Positions 46,865-56,612 of a DNA stretch of 64,000 nucleotides are shown piece after piece. This stretch comes from Acidobacteriota bacterium (lineage in GTDB: Bacteria > Acidobacteriota > UBA890 > WLXD01). The translations under genes and the position numbers were made by a program. The stretch is from the NCBI GenBank assembly GCA_965248695.1, contig CBDFKD010000002.1, positions 928,001 through 992,000 of the forward strand. Reading direction: 5' to 3'. The notes under the pieces were generated by a model. It was given only the letters and a program-made list of their open reading frames with translations. It was not told the origin of the DNA and made no database searches. Within the stretch, counting starts at the first letter, position 1. Each line of letters opens with the position of its first letter.

Positions 46865-47992
46865 ATGCCAGGCGAACTGACGATCGACGGTACGGTGGTC
46901 AACCAGGACAGCGACTGCTATGTCATCGCCGAGATCGGCCACAATCATCAGGGCGACCTCGAGACGTGCAAGAAGATGTTCCTGGAAGCGCTCAACTGCG
47001 GCTGCGACGCGGTCAAGCTGCAAAAGCGCGACAACGGGGCTCTGTTTACCGACGACGGCTACAACCGCCTGTACGACAACCGCAACAGCTACGGCACGAC
47101 TTACGGCGAGCATCGCGAGTTTCTGGAGTTCGAGCGTGACGAGTATCTCGAGCTGCAGAAGTACGCCGCCGAGATCGGCGTCACGTTCTTCGCCACCGCC
47201 TTCGACTTCCCCAGCGCTGACTTCCTGGCCGATCTCGATATGCCGGCGTACAAGCTCGCCTCGGGTGACATCAAGAGCACACCGTTGCTGGCCTACATTG
47301 CCCAGTTCGGCAAGCCGATGATCATCTCGACGGGCGCCGCCCTGATGGAGGACGTACAGCGAGCCTACGACACGATCATGCCGATCAACCCGCAGCTGTG
47401 TGTCATGCAGTGCACCGCCGGGTACCCGGCCGAGTTCGAGGAGCTCGACCTGGGCGTGGTAGCGACATACGCCGAGCAGCTTCCCGACATCGTGGTCGGG
47501 TACTCGGGCCACGACAACGGCATCGCGATGCCTCTGGCGGCCTACATCCTGGGCGCCCGCGTGATCGAGAAGCACTTCACGCTCAATCACACTTGGAAAG
47601 GCACCGATCACGCCTTCTCGCTGGAGCCCATCGGCATGCGCAAGATGGTGCGCGACCTGAAGCGCGCCCGCGTAGCGATGGGTGATGGGCAGAAGAAGTT
47701 CTACGAGAGCGAGGCCGGGGCCGGCATCAAGATGGGCAAGAAGATCGTGGCGGCGCGGGATCTTCCGGAGGGCACCATGATCGGCGCCGACGACCTGATA
47801 CTCAAGTCGCCCGGCGACGGACTGCCGCCCTACGAGATCGACAAAGTGATCGGCTCGAGCCTGAAGGTGCCGGTGGCTCGTGACGGCGATCTCCACATGG
47901 ATATGCTGCACGATCCCGACGAGTCGACAGACGGCCCGACCGCGGCAGACACCGAAGCTGCGGGAGATCACGAGGATGTTCGACCTCACTGA
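46865..47992 (+). CDS. neuB: N-acetylneuraminate/nonulosonate synthase family with a SAF domain
   Basis: IAEIGHNHQGD, AVKLQKR, KLASGD, IISTG, GYSGHD, IEKHFT, KSPGDGLPP. Confidence 0.92.
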   Translation: MPGELTIDGTVVNQDSDCYVIAEIGHNHQGDLETCKKMFLEALNCGCDAVKLQKRDNGALFTDDGYNRLYDNRNSYGTTYGEHREFLEFERDEYLELQKYAAEIGVTFFATAFDFPSADFLADLDMPAYKLASGDIKSTPLLAYIAQFGKPMIISTGAALMEDVQRAYDTIMPINPQLCVMQCTAGYPAEFEELDLGVVATYAEQLPDIVVGYSGHDNGIAMPLAAYILGARVIEKHFTLNHTWKGTDHAFSLEPIGMRKMVRDLKRARVAMGDGQKKFYESEAGAGIKMGKKIVAARDLPEGTMIGADDLILKSPGDGLPPYEIDKVIGSSLKVPVARDGDLHMDMLHDPDESTDGPTAADTEAAGDHEDVRPH

Positions 47993-48776
47993 CCGCGTCG
48001 CGGTCGTTACCGGGGCTGCAGGCAAGCTGGGCCCGATCTGGGCCGAGGCGTTGCTGCAGGCCGGCGCCAGTGTCGCCGGGGTCGATCTACCGGACCTGGC
48101 TCAGTCAGACGGGCTCCAAGCCCTGTCGGACACCTACGGCGCGGAACGTCTGCGTTCGTACGGAGGCGACGTACTCGATCGCGACTCGCTGACGGACGCG
48201 CGCGCAGCCATCGAGAGGGATCTCGGACCGGTGTCCATCCTGGTCAACAACGCCGGCATCGACCAGCCTCCCGGCCAGGTGGAAGGTCACCATCTGCACG
48301 AGATCCCGGCCGACGCGGTGCGCAGGGTGCTCGACGTCAACGTGGTCGGGCTGTTCCAGGTGGCGCAGGTGTTCGGCGAAGCGATGGTGGAGCGTGGAGG
48401 AGGCTCGATTATCAACATCGGCTCGCTGTACGCGAGCGTCTCGCCGGACGCGCGCTTCTACGATCACCTGGCGGTGGACCCGCCGTTTCTGAAGCCGCCG
48501 GGCTACGGGGCCTCCAAAGCGGCAGTCGTCAACCTGACTCGCTATCTGGCCACCCACTGGGGCCCGCGTGGTGTGCGGGTCAACGCGCTCTCGCCGGGCG
48601 GCGTGCTCGGTGGACAGGACGCAGAGTTCCAGCGCAAGTTCAACGCTCGGGTGCCACTCGGGCGTATGGCCGAGGCGACGGATCTGGGGGGCCCGCTGGT
48701 GTTCCTGGCCTCCGACGCATCCTCGTATGTCAACGGAATCGAGTTGTGCGTCGACGGCGGCTACACAGCCTGGTAG
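47976..48776 (+). CDS. Short-chain dehydrogenase/reductase
   Basis: VTGAAGKLG, LVNNAG, NIGSLY, YGASK, RVNALSPGG. Confidence 0.92.
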   Translation: MFDLTDRVAVVTGAAGKLGPIWAEALLQAGASVAGVDLPDLAQSDGLQALSDTYGAERLRSYGGDVLDRDSLTDARAAIERDLGPVSILVNNAGIDQPPGQVEGHHLHEIPADAVRRVLDVNVVGLFQVAQVFGEAMVERGGGSIINIGSLYASVSPDARFYDHLAVDPPFLKPPGYGASKAAVVNLTRYLATHWGPRGVRVNALSPGGVLGGQDAEFQRKFNARVPLGRMAEATDLGGPLVFLASDASSYVNGIELCVDGGYTAW

Positions 48777-48809
48777 ACGTCTCACTGGCATCAAACGGAG
48801 GCAACGCCG

Positions 48810-50276
48810 ATGGGCGTGATTCCCGATCTCGTTCCCAACTTCATCGACGGCGAAGAGGTCGCGGCAGCATCCGGTGACCGATTCGACAACGTCAACCCCC
48901 ACGACGGGTCGGTGCTCTGTGAGGTCGCATCCTCTCAGACTGAGGATGTGCGTCGGGCAGTGGCAGCCGCCAAAGCGGCACAGGAGGCATGGGCGGATCT
49001 GACGCCGGTGGCGCGCGGCGATATCCTGCGCGAGGCGGCGTTGGCGATCCGCGATCGACGCGACGAGATCGCCGAGATCGTTGCTCTGGAGACGGGCAAG
49101 ACCATCGGTGAGGCGCGCGGCGAGACCATGGGCGCCTTCGAGCTCGGGATGTTCATGGCGGGCGAGGGTCGACGCTACTTCGGCCGCACCTCCACCAGCG
49201 CCAATCCGCACCGCGAGGTGGTCATCCTGCGTCAGCCTTTGGGCGTCTGTGGTTTGATCATCGCCGCCAACACACCGATCGCGAACGTCGCCTGGAAGGC
49301 GTTTCCTGCCCTGATCTGTGGCAACGCCGCGGTGATGAAAGCGGCGGAAGACACGCCGGCGACCGGCTGGATCGTGGCGAAGATCTTCCACGAGGTCGGA
49401 GTACCCGCCGGTGTGTTCAACATGATCCATGGATTCGGGCCGCAGGCAGGCCAACCGCTCGTAGAGCACCCGGATGTCGACCTCGTGAGTTTCACCGGCT
49501 CCGCCGCTGTCGGCCGCATGATCCAGCGCGTCGCCGGCGAGCGGCTCGCCAAGGTGATCCTGGAGTTGGGGGGCAAGAATCCGCTGGTGATCTGCGACGA
49601 CGCCGACCTCGACAAAGCCGCTGACGCGGTGGTGTTGTCGGCCTTCAGCAATGCCGGGCAGCGCTGTGCCTCGGGGAGCCGCATCATCGTCTTCGATGCG
49701 ATCTACGACGAGCTCAAGCAGCGTGTCGTCGACCGCATCGAGAGCCTCGAGCTCGGCAACACGGACGGGGCCGACCTGGGCCCGGTGATCAACGAGCGCC
49801 AGCTCACCAACATGCTGGGTTCGATCGAGGATGCCCGCGCCAGCGGAGCGCGCATAGTTACCGGCGGGCATCGGTTGGACGACGCCGCTCACCAGGGTGG
49901 TTTCTATCTGGCACCGACGCTCATCGAGGCGGCGGATCCCGGCGATGCGATCTCGCGCGATGAGCTTTTTGGCCCGATAACGTGCCTCTACCGTGTCGAA
50001 GGCTTCGACGAGGCCCTGCGACTGGCCAACGATTCACCGTTCGGTCTGACGGCTGCGATTCATACCGCGAACCTGCACCGGGCAATGCGTTTTGCGGACA
50101 AGATGCGTACCGGCCTGGTGTCGATCAACGGGTTCACCTATGGCAGCGAGCCCCACATGCCGTTCGGCGGGCTCAAGCAATCGGGCAACGGCTTGCGGGA
50201 GCCGGGGCCGGAGGCGCTGGACGTGTACTCGGCGCAGAAGAACGTCTTGATCCAGACCGATCCCTCCGCCGTGTAG
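48810..50276 (+). CDS. Aldehyde dehydrogenase
   Basis: FTGS, LELGGKNP (catalytic Glu), NAGQRC (catalytic Cys), ELFGP, PFGGLKQSG. Confidence 0.95.
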   Translation: MGVIPDLVPNFIDGEEVAAASGDRFDNVNPHDGSVLCEVASSQTEDVRRAVAAAKAAQEAWADLTPVARGDILREAALAIRDRRDEIAEIVALETGKTIGEARGETMGAFELGMFMAGEGRRYFGRTSTSANPHREVVILRQPLGVCGLIIAANTPIANVAWKAFPALICGNAAVMKAAEDTPATGWIVAKIFHEVGVPAGVFNMIHGFGPQAGQPLVEHPDVDLVSFTGSAAVGRMIQRVAGERLAKVILELGGKNPLVICDDADLDKAADAVVLSAFSNAGQRCASGSRIIVFDAIYDELKQRVVDRIESLELGNTDGADLGPVINERQLTNMLGSIEDARASGARIVTGGHRLDDAAHQGGFYLAPTLIEAADPGDAISRDELFGPITCLYRVEGFDEALRLANDSPFGLTAAIHTANLHRAMRFADKMRTGLVSINGFTYGSEPHMPFGGLKQSGNGLREPGPEALDVYSAQKNVLIQTDPSAV

Positions 50277-50285
50277 GGCCTGTCT

Positions 50286-51059
50286 ATGCCCTCTGACCCA
50301 GACGTGGTGGCCCTGATTCCGGCGCGCGCCGGATCGAAACGGGTCGTCAACAAGAACATCCGGCCGTTAGCTGGCCACCCTTTGATCGCTTATGCGATCG
50401 CCTCGGCGCTCGAATCTCGCCTCTTTGGCACCGTCATCGTGTCGACCGACTCGGAGGAAATCGCCTCCATCGCTCGCCACTATGGCGCCGAGGTGCCGGT
50501 CCCCCGGCCGGGCGAATTCGGTGCCGATCATTCGCCCGACATCGAGTGGCTCGAGCACCTACTGCAACAACTCGGCGCCCAGGGCCGAACATGGGACTGC
50601 TTCGCCCTCCTGCGGCCGACAAGTCCGTTCCGCACCGCGGCTACACTGCGGCGTGCCTGGGACGAGTTCGTCGACGAGAAAGACGAGGTGGATTCGTTGC
50701 GGGCGGTGGAGAAGACGAAACTACATCCGGGTAAGATGTGGCTCGTCGAGGGCAGGCGAATGGTGCCGGCAATGACCGAGATCGGTGGCCAGCGCAGCCG
50801 GCCGGAGCAACCTTGGCACAGCACGCCCTATCAGGCGCTTCCACCGGTGTACTCGCAGAACGCAAGCCTCGAGATCGGATGGTCGCGAGTCGTCCTGGAG
50901 TCGAGGACTATCGCGGGCACCATGATCATGCCCTTCTTCACCGACAGCGAAGAGGGCTTCGACATCAACGACGAGATCGATTGGAGCGTCGCTGAGGAGC
51001 TTGTCCGGCGCGGCGCCGCAACGCTGCCGTGCGTTCCCGACGCTCCTTGGAACGGCTGA
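50286..51059 (+). CDS. neuA: Acylneuraminate (CMP-ulosonate) cytidylyltransferase
   Basis: LIPARAGSKRVVNKNI, VSTDS, LRPTSPFR, DINDEID. Confidence 0.9.
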   Translation: MPSDPDVVALIPARAGSKRVVNKNIRPLAGHPLIAYAIASALESRLFGTVIVSTDSEEIASIARHYGAEVPVPRPGEFGADHSPDIEWLEHLLQQLGAQGRTWDCFALLRPTSPFRTAATLRRAWDEFVDEKDEVDSLRAVEKTKLHPGKMWLVEGRRMVPAMTEIGGQRSRPEQPWHSTPYQALPPVYSQNASLEIGWSRVVLESRTIAGTMIMPFFTDSEEGFDINDEIDWSVAEELVRRGAATLPCVPDAPWNG

Positions 51060-51070
51060 GGGAGAAAAGC

Positions 51071-53125
51071 TTGCCGAGTTCGGAGACCCATACCGACGAG
51101 AGCGTCGACAACGCCGCGCGCTTGAGTCAGATCCTCGAGAAACGCGCCGGCGGGCTCTGTCTGGTGCCCAACTCGGGATTCGACCTTCTGGCGAAGGCCG
51201 ACCTGTCGCCCGAGCTGCGAGCCCAGCTATTCGCGACCTATTGCCGGCTGAACATCCTCTACATGGTGGCGCGCGCGGGTTCGGGCCACCCCGGAACCTG
51301 CCTCAGCTCGATCGACTTGATGTCGTGGCTGTATCTGAACGAGATCCGAGGCCTGGATGACGACCCCGGCAGCGCCGACGTGTTCTTCTCGTCCAAGGGA
51401 CACGATGCACCGGCGTTTTATACCGTGCTGATCGGGCTCGGGCTCCTCGACGCCGACTACTTACACAAGCTACGCCGTCTCGGCGGTCTGCCCGGCCATC
51501 CGCACATCGAGACGCCGCACGTCTACGCTGGCACCGGCTCGCTCGGAATGGGCATATCCAAGGCCAAGGGCATGATCACCGCCAACCGATTGCTCGGCCA
51601 CGACCGTCATGTCTACGTCATGACCGGTGACGGTGAGCTCCAGGAGGGACAGATCTGGGAGTCTCTGTCGACCGCCGCCAGAGAGCGCATGGGCGAGCTG
51701 ACGGCGATCGTCGATCACAACAAGATCCAGTCCGATACCTGGGTCGCCGACGTCAGCGATCTCGGCGATGTAGGCGCCAAGTTCGCCGCCTTCGGCTGGG
51801 AGGCGGCCCGTTGCGACGGCCACGATGTCGGCGCGATCGGCGCGATCATGCGGCGTTTCCGTGGCATCACCGATCGCCCCAAGGTGCTCGTGGCGGACAC
51901 CGTCAAAGGCAAGGGCGTGACCTTCATGGAGGGGCCGCAAGCCCTCGAGGGCGGCGAGCTCTATGCCTTCCACAGCGGTGCCCCGAGCGTCGATCAGTAC
52001 GATGCCGCCATCCGTGAAGTGCTCGGCCGCGCGCTGATGTTGCACGCGCAAGCCGACATTGACGACCTCGAGATCGAATGGCTCGAACGTGACGTGCACG
52101 CCAAGCACAGCGGGTTCGGGAACGTCCATCGGTTGATGGCGGCCTACGAAGACGAACTGGTCAAACAGGCCCAAACGAACGACAAGATCGTGGTGTTCAA
52201 CGCCGATCTGGTCAAAGACTGCGGCTTGATCGCCTTCCAGGAGCAGTTCCCCGAGCGTTTCATCGAGTGCGGTATCGCCGAGCAGGACATGGTCTCGCAG
52301 GCGAGCGGACTGGCACAGATGGGCATGCTACCGATGTGTCACTCGTTTGCGTGCTTCCTGTCGACGCGACCGAATGAGCAGATCTACAACGCCGCCACGG
52401 AACACGAGAAGGTGATCTATGTCGGTTCGCTGGCGGGCTTGCTGCCCGGCGGGCCGGGACACTCGCACCAATCGGTACGGGACATCTCGGCGCTGGGGGC
52501 AGTTCCGGACCTGTGGCTGGTGGAGCCGTGTCAGGAATCGGAGGTACGGCAGGTCCTCGGCTGGGCAATCAACGACAACGCCTACAGTACCTACATCCGG
52601 CTGTGCTCGATGGGCTGGGATATGCCCTTCGACCTACCGGAGGACTACGTGCTTACCCCTGGCAAGGGGGTCGTGGTTCGTGAGGGCGACGATGGCGCCG
52701 TGTTCGCCTACGGACCTTGGCTGCTCTCCAACGCCTACGAGGCCGCCGAGCTATTGGCGCGCGAGCGCTCGATCGACCTGCAGGTGGTCGATTTGCCGTG
52801 GCTGAATCGCGTCGACGATCAGTGGCTCGTCGAGGTCATCGGCGACCGGCCATGGGTGGTCGCCCTGGACAACCACTACGAGCACGGTGGGCAGGCCGAG
52901 ATGCTACTGGCAAGGATCGCCGAGTCGGGTGTCCGTGTCGGCGCCGGGCGACTCGGCATGGGTGCCATACCCGAATGCGGCTCGACTCAGGAAGTGCTCG
53001 AGCATCATGGCCTCGACGCCCTCAACCTGGCGCGCCGGGTAGCCGAGCTGATGCAGGGCTCGGGCAACATCGATGCGGAAGCGGACGTCTCGGGTACGCG
53101 TACCAGCGATATGGGACCACAGTGA
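51071..53125 (+). CDS. Transketolase-like TPP enzyme (N- and C-terminal sections fused)
   Basis: GSGHPG, SKGH, LPGHP, GSLGMG, GDGELQEG...N TPP motif, GIAEQ, GHSHQ. Confidence 0.9.
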   Translation: MPSSETHTDESVDNAARLSQILEKRAGGLCLVPNSGFDLLAKADLSPELRAQLFATYCRLNILYMVARAGSGHPGTCLSSIDLMSWLYLNEIRGLDDDPGSADVFFSSKGHDAPAFYTVLIGLGLLDADYLHKLRRLGGLPGHPHIETPHVYAGTGSLGMGISKAKGMITANRLLGHDRHVYVMTGDGELQEGQIWESLSTAARERMGELTAIVDHNKIQSDTWVADVSDLGDVGAKFAAFGWEAARCDGHDVGAIGAIMRRFRGITDRPKVLVADTVKGKGVTFMEGPQALEGGELYAFHSGAPSVDQYDAAIREVLGRALMLHAQADIDDLEIEWLERDVHAKHSGFGNVHRLMAAYEDELVKQAQTNDKIVVFNADLVKDCGLIAFQEQFPERFIECGIAEQDMVSQASGLAQMGMLPMCHSFACFLSTRPNEQIYNAATEHEKVIYVGSLAGLLPGGPGHSHQSVRDISALGAVPDLWLVEPCQESEVRQVLGWAINDNAYSTYIRLCSMGWDMPFDLPEDYVLTPGKGVVVREGDDGAVFAYGPWLLSNAYEAAELLARERSIDLQVVDLPWLNRVDDQWLVEVIGDRPWVVALDNHYEHGGQAEMLLARIAESGVRVGAGRLGMGAIPECGSTQEVLEHHGLDALNLARRVAELMQGSGNIDAEADVSGTRTSDMGPQ

Positions 53126-53832
53126 CGCTGGTCTTGCTCTGGGACATCGACGGCACCCTCCTGACCACCGAGCGGGCCGGCATCTTTGCCTGGGAAGATG
53201 CCATCGAGCAAGTTCTCGATCAGCGAGTGTCGCTGCAGGACTATCAGACGGCGGGCCTGACCGATGTGGAGATCGCTGCGCTGCTGGTGACCAAGGTATG
53301 CGAGCAAGATGACGGCGCTCGAGCAGCGCAACTGCTGCGACGCTATGAGCGTCTGCTGCCATCAAGATTGCACCGTCGGAAAGGTCGGGCCTTGCCCGGC
53401 GTGCGAGAGATACTCGAGGCTACCTGTGACCGCGAGGATGTCCTGTCGATCCTGCTCACAGGGAACACGGCTGCCGGCGCCCGGGCCAAGTTGGAACACT
53501 ACGAACTGGACGGGTACTTCAGCAGCGGCGCCTTCGCTGATGGCGCCAAGGATCGCCCGACAATCGCCCGCCGTGCGTTGAAGATCGCCGAGGCGGAGCT
53601 CCGCGGCCTCCAGCGGTGCAACGCCTTCGTGATAGGTGACACGCCGCACGATATTCAGGCCGGCAACGCCATCGGCGTGCGGACGGTCGCCGTAGCCACG
53701 GGTGGGTACACTGCTACTCAGCTGGAAGGATACGACCCGTGGTGGCTACTCGAGCAGCTGCCGACGGCAGATAGTTTCCTCGGCCATCTCGAGGCTTCAG
53801 CGCTCGAGCCCAGGGCAACGCCGGATTGTTGA
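53122..53832 (+). CDS. HAD-superfamily phosphatase
   Basis: WDIDGTL, LTGN, KL, IGDTPHD; GTGA overlap with the transketolase gene. Confidence 0.88.
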   Translation: MTLVLLWDIDGTLLTTERAGIFAWEDAIEQVLDQRVSLQDYQTAGLTDVEIAALLVTKVCEQDDGARAAQLLRRYERLLPSRLHRRKGRALPGVREILEATCDREDVLSILLTGNTAAGARAKLEHYELDGYFSSGAFADGAKDRPTIARRALKIAEAELRGLQRCNAFVIGDTPHDIQAGNAIGVRTVAVATGGYTATQLEGYDPWWLLEQLPTADSFLGHLEASALEPRATPDC

Positions 53833-55604
53833 GCGTGGATCCTCGCCTCAAGCAGCTAGTCAAGCGATTCGGGCTCACGAAGCGCCTGGTTGCAAACAAA
53901 CGGGGGCGCGAAACCCGGCAGTTTCGCGACTGGTGGCGGCGGCATCTTACCGACGGCGCCAGCACACCGGACCCGGACGAGCCCAGGGCCCCGACCGGTC
54001 CCACACAGGCCGCAGCACCGCGAGTGCTGATGGCGACCAGCCTGGGAGGCTGGCAGCCCGGGACCCGGCTGGACACAGTTGTAGCCCACGCGCTCCGCTT
54101 GCGCGGCGCCGAGGTGGAGGGCTGGCTGTGCGACCAGGCGCTGCCGGCATGTCAGCTCGCCGATGCCTATTTCTACCCGCGTCAGGAGGCGTTTCTCCGC
54201 AACGGTCCGATCGAGCTGTGTCGCACCTGTGCCGGCCCTGCCGAGGAGCTCTTCGAAGCCGCGCGAATCCCACTGCACCGACTGAGCAGCACGCTGACTG
54301 AGCCGCATGCCGCCGAGGCGGAGCGCGTGTCGCGCGAGCTGGAGATCGACGAGATCCTGGCCCTCGAGATCGACGGCGTGACCATCGGCGAGCACGCGCT
54401 GTCCGGCGCCCTGAGGTTCTTCGCGAGCGGCGACCTACACGACGAGCCGCAGGGGGAGGCGATTCTCCGGGCCTATCTGCGTGCTGCACTTCGGACGTTC
54501 TTTTCCTTTCGTGAGCTCCTCGACCAAACGCACTTCGACTGCGTCGTTCTGCACCACGGCATTTACGTCCCCCAAGGACCGATCGCCGATCTCTGCCGGC
54601 AGCGGAGCGTGCGCGTCGTCACCTGGCACCCCGCCTACCGGCGCAACTGCTTTACCTTCGCGGAGTCCGATACCTACCACCGGGCAATGCTCGTCGAGCC
54701 GACCTCAGTGTGGGAGCAGATGGACTGGTCGGAGGCTCATGAAGCCGCGATCATGGACTACCTCAAGAGCCGGTGGCGGGGCTCGGAGGACTGGATCTCC
54801 TTCAACGATGCACCCGAGGACAACCTGCGCAAGATCTCGGATGAGCTCGGCCTGGATCCAGACAAGCCCTGGATCGGATTGCTCACCACCGTCATGTGGG
54901 ACGCACGGTTGCACTATCCCACCAACGCCTACGAGAACGTCTGGTACTGGGTGCGCGACACGATCGAGTACTTCGCGCAGCGGCCCGACCTGCAGCTCAT
55001 CATCCGAGTGCACCCGGCGGAGGTGAGGGGACGTCTGCCAGCCCGCCAACGGATGGACGACGAGATCAAGCGCGCCTTTCCCACCCTACCGAACAACGTC
55101 GTCGTGATACCCGCAGAGAGCAGAATCAGCAGCTACGTCGTTCTTGCCAACTGCAACGCAGCGCTCATTTACGCCACCAAGATGGGCATCGAGCTGACGG
55201 CGACCGGCATTCCCACGCTAGTGGCAGGCGAAGCCTGGATACGCAACAAGGGATTCAGTTTGGATGCCGGATCACCAGCGGAGTACCGCGAGCTGCTGGA
55301 CCGACTCCCACTGCCCGAGCGCATGTCGCCGGAACAGGTGGCCCACGCCCGCAAGTACGCTTTCCACTACTTCTTCCGACGCATGATCCCGCTGCAGTTC
55401 GTGTCGCAGGGATCCAGCTCATCGCTGGGGTTCGAGGTCGACATCGAGCGGCTGGACGACCTCCAACCGGGCCGGTTCCGCGGCCTCGACGTTATCTGTG
55501 ACGGCATCCTCGAAGCCGGGAACTTCGTCTACCCAGCGGAAACAGAGATCCGCGACAAACGGCTCGGTATCAACGAGCCCGAGCCGCACCAGGCCGTGCA
55601 CTGA
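53826..55604 (+). CDS. Capsule polysaccharide biosynthesis protein (KpsS-like), paralog 2
   Basis: HHGIYVPQG, LLTTVMWDA, IIRVHPAE, IYATKMGIEL; clear paralog of the 12023 gene. Confidence 0.7.
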   Translation: MLSVDPRLKQLVKRFGLTKRLVANKRGRETRQFRDWWRRHLTDGASTPDPDEPRAPTGPTQAAAPRVLMATSLGGWQPGTRLDTVVAHALRLRGAEVEGWLCDQALPACQLADAYFYPRQEAFLRNGPIELCRTCAGPAEELFEAARIPLHRLSSTLTEPHAAEAERVSRELEIDEILALEIDGVTIGEHALSGALRFFASGDLHDEPQGEAILRAYLRAALRTFFSFRELLDQTHFDCVVLHHGIYVPQGPIADLCRQRSVRVVTWHPAYRRNCFTFAESDTYHRAMLVEPTSVWEQMDWSEAHEAAIMDYLKSRWRGSEDWISFNDAPEDNLRKISDELGLDPDKPWIGLLTTVMWDARLHYPTNAYENVWYWVRDTIEYFAQRPDLQLIIRVHPAEVRGRLPARQRMDDEIKRAFPTLPNNVVVIPAESRISSYVVLANCNAALIYATKMGIELTATGIPTLVAGEAWIRNKGFSLDAGSPAEYRELLDRLPLPERMSPEQVAHARKYAFHYFFRRMIPLQFVSQGSSSSLGFEVDIERLDDLQPGRFRGLDVICDGILEAGNFVYPAETEIRDKRLGINEPEPHQAVH

Positions 55605-55607
55605 GCC

Positions 55608-56612
55608 ATGCGGCTGTCGGTCTGTTTGACCTACTACAGCGGGCTCGAGTACTTGCACGCCTGTCTTGCCTCGATTCGCGCCAACGCCCCGGCATGCAGC
55701 CACGAGATCATCGTCGTTGACGACGCGTCCGCGCTTTCCTGCGCAGAAACGGTCGGCGAGGCGGCGCCGGGGACGGTTCTCATCCGCAACCCTATGAATC
55801 TCGGGTTCGCTGCCGCCAACAACGTTGCGTGGCGCGCGTCCACGGGCGAGTTTGTCTTGTTCCTCAACAGCGACACGAAGGTACTGCCCGGAGCCCTCGA
55901 CGAGCTGGTCGCGTATCTCGAAGCGCACGCGGAGGCCGGCGTCGTCGGACCGATGGTGCTCAACGGTGACGGCAGCTTCCAGCCACAGTGTCGCCGCGGA
56001 CGCCTCACGCCACTCAGCGGTCTGACCTACTCGCTGCGTCTGGACCGGTTGTTCCCGCACAATCGCACCGTGTCCGAGTATCTGATGCGGTACACGGACA
56101 AGGAGCAGACGCAGCCGGTTCGCGCGGTGTCGGGCTGCTGCATGCTGTTCCGACGCGCCGTCCTCGACAGCGGTGGCGGGTTCGACGAGACGCTGCACCA
56201 GTACGGCGAAGATCTGGATCTTTGCTACCGAGCCGGCAATGCCGGTTGGAAGGTCGTCTATTCTCCCGGGGCGCGGATCATCCACTATGGCGGCCAGGGT
56301 GGCACCAACGTTCGCGTCGTCCGCTCGCTCTACTACTTCCATCGCTCGCTGTGGATGATATTTCTCCGCTACAACACGAACCGAGTGTTTCACCTGTACT
56401 CTTGGTTCGTGATCTTGATGCTTGCCGCCCGTTTCGGATTGTCGGCGAGCATGCTGCTGTTGGGACAGCGTCGGGCCGGTACACGTAAGGGAGCCCCGCG
56501 ATTCGCGCGCGAGACGACGCCGGCGACAACCCTGTCGGGCCAAGCTGACGAGCAGGACCGGATGACAGGAACAAATGGCGATACGGATCTCTCCCGAGAA
56601 CACGACTCCTGA
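55608..56612 (+). CDS. GT2 glycosyltransferase (WbbL-like)
   Basis: IVVDDAS, NLGFAAANN, FLNSD, VSGCCML, GFDE...YGEDLDLCYR. Confidence 0.88.
   Translation: MRLSVCLTYYSGLEYLHACLASIRANAPACSHEIIVVDDASALSCAETVGEAAPGTVLIRNPMNLGFAAANNVAWRASTGEFVLFLNSDTKVLPGALDELVAYLEAHAEAGVVGPMVLNGDGSFQPQCRRGRLTPLSGLTYSLRLDRLFPHNRTVSEYLMRYTDKEQTQPVRAVSGCCMLFRRAVLDSGGGFDETLHQYGEDLDLCYRAGNAGWKVVYSPGARIIHYGGQGGTNVRVVRSLYYFHRSLWMIFLRYNTNRVFHLYSWFVILMLAARFGLSASMLLLGQRRAGTRKGAPRFARETTPATTLSGQADEQDRMTGTNGDTDLSREHDS

Noticed and set aside
48105-49892. 595-aa minus-strand ORF
   Set aside because: Antisense shadow of the SDR and aldehyde dehydrogenase genes, typical of GC-rich DNA, with no motifs. The same applies to most short overlapping ORFs in the track.
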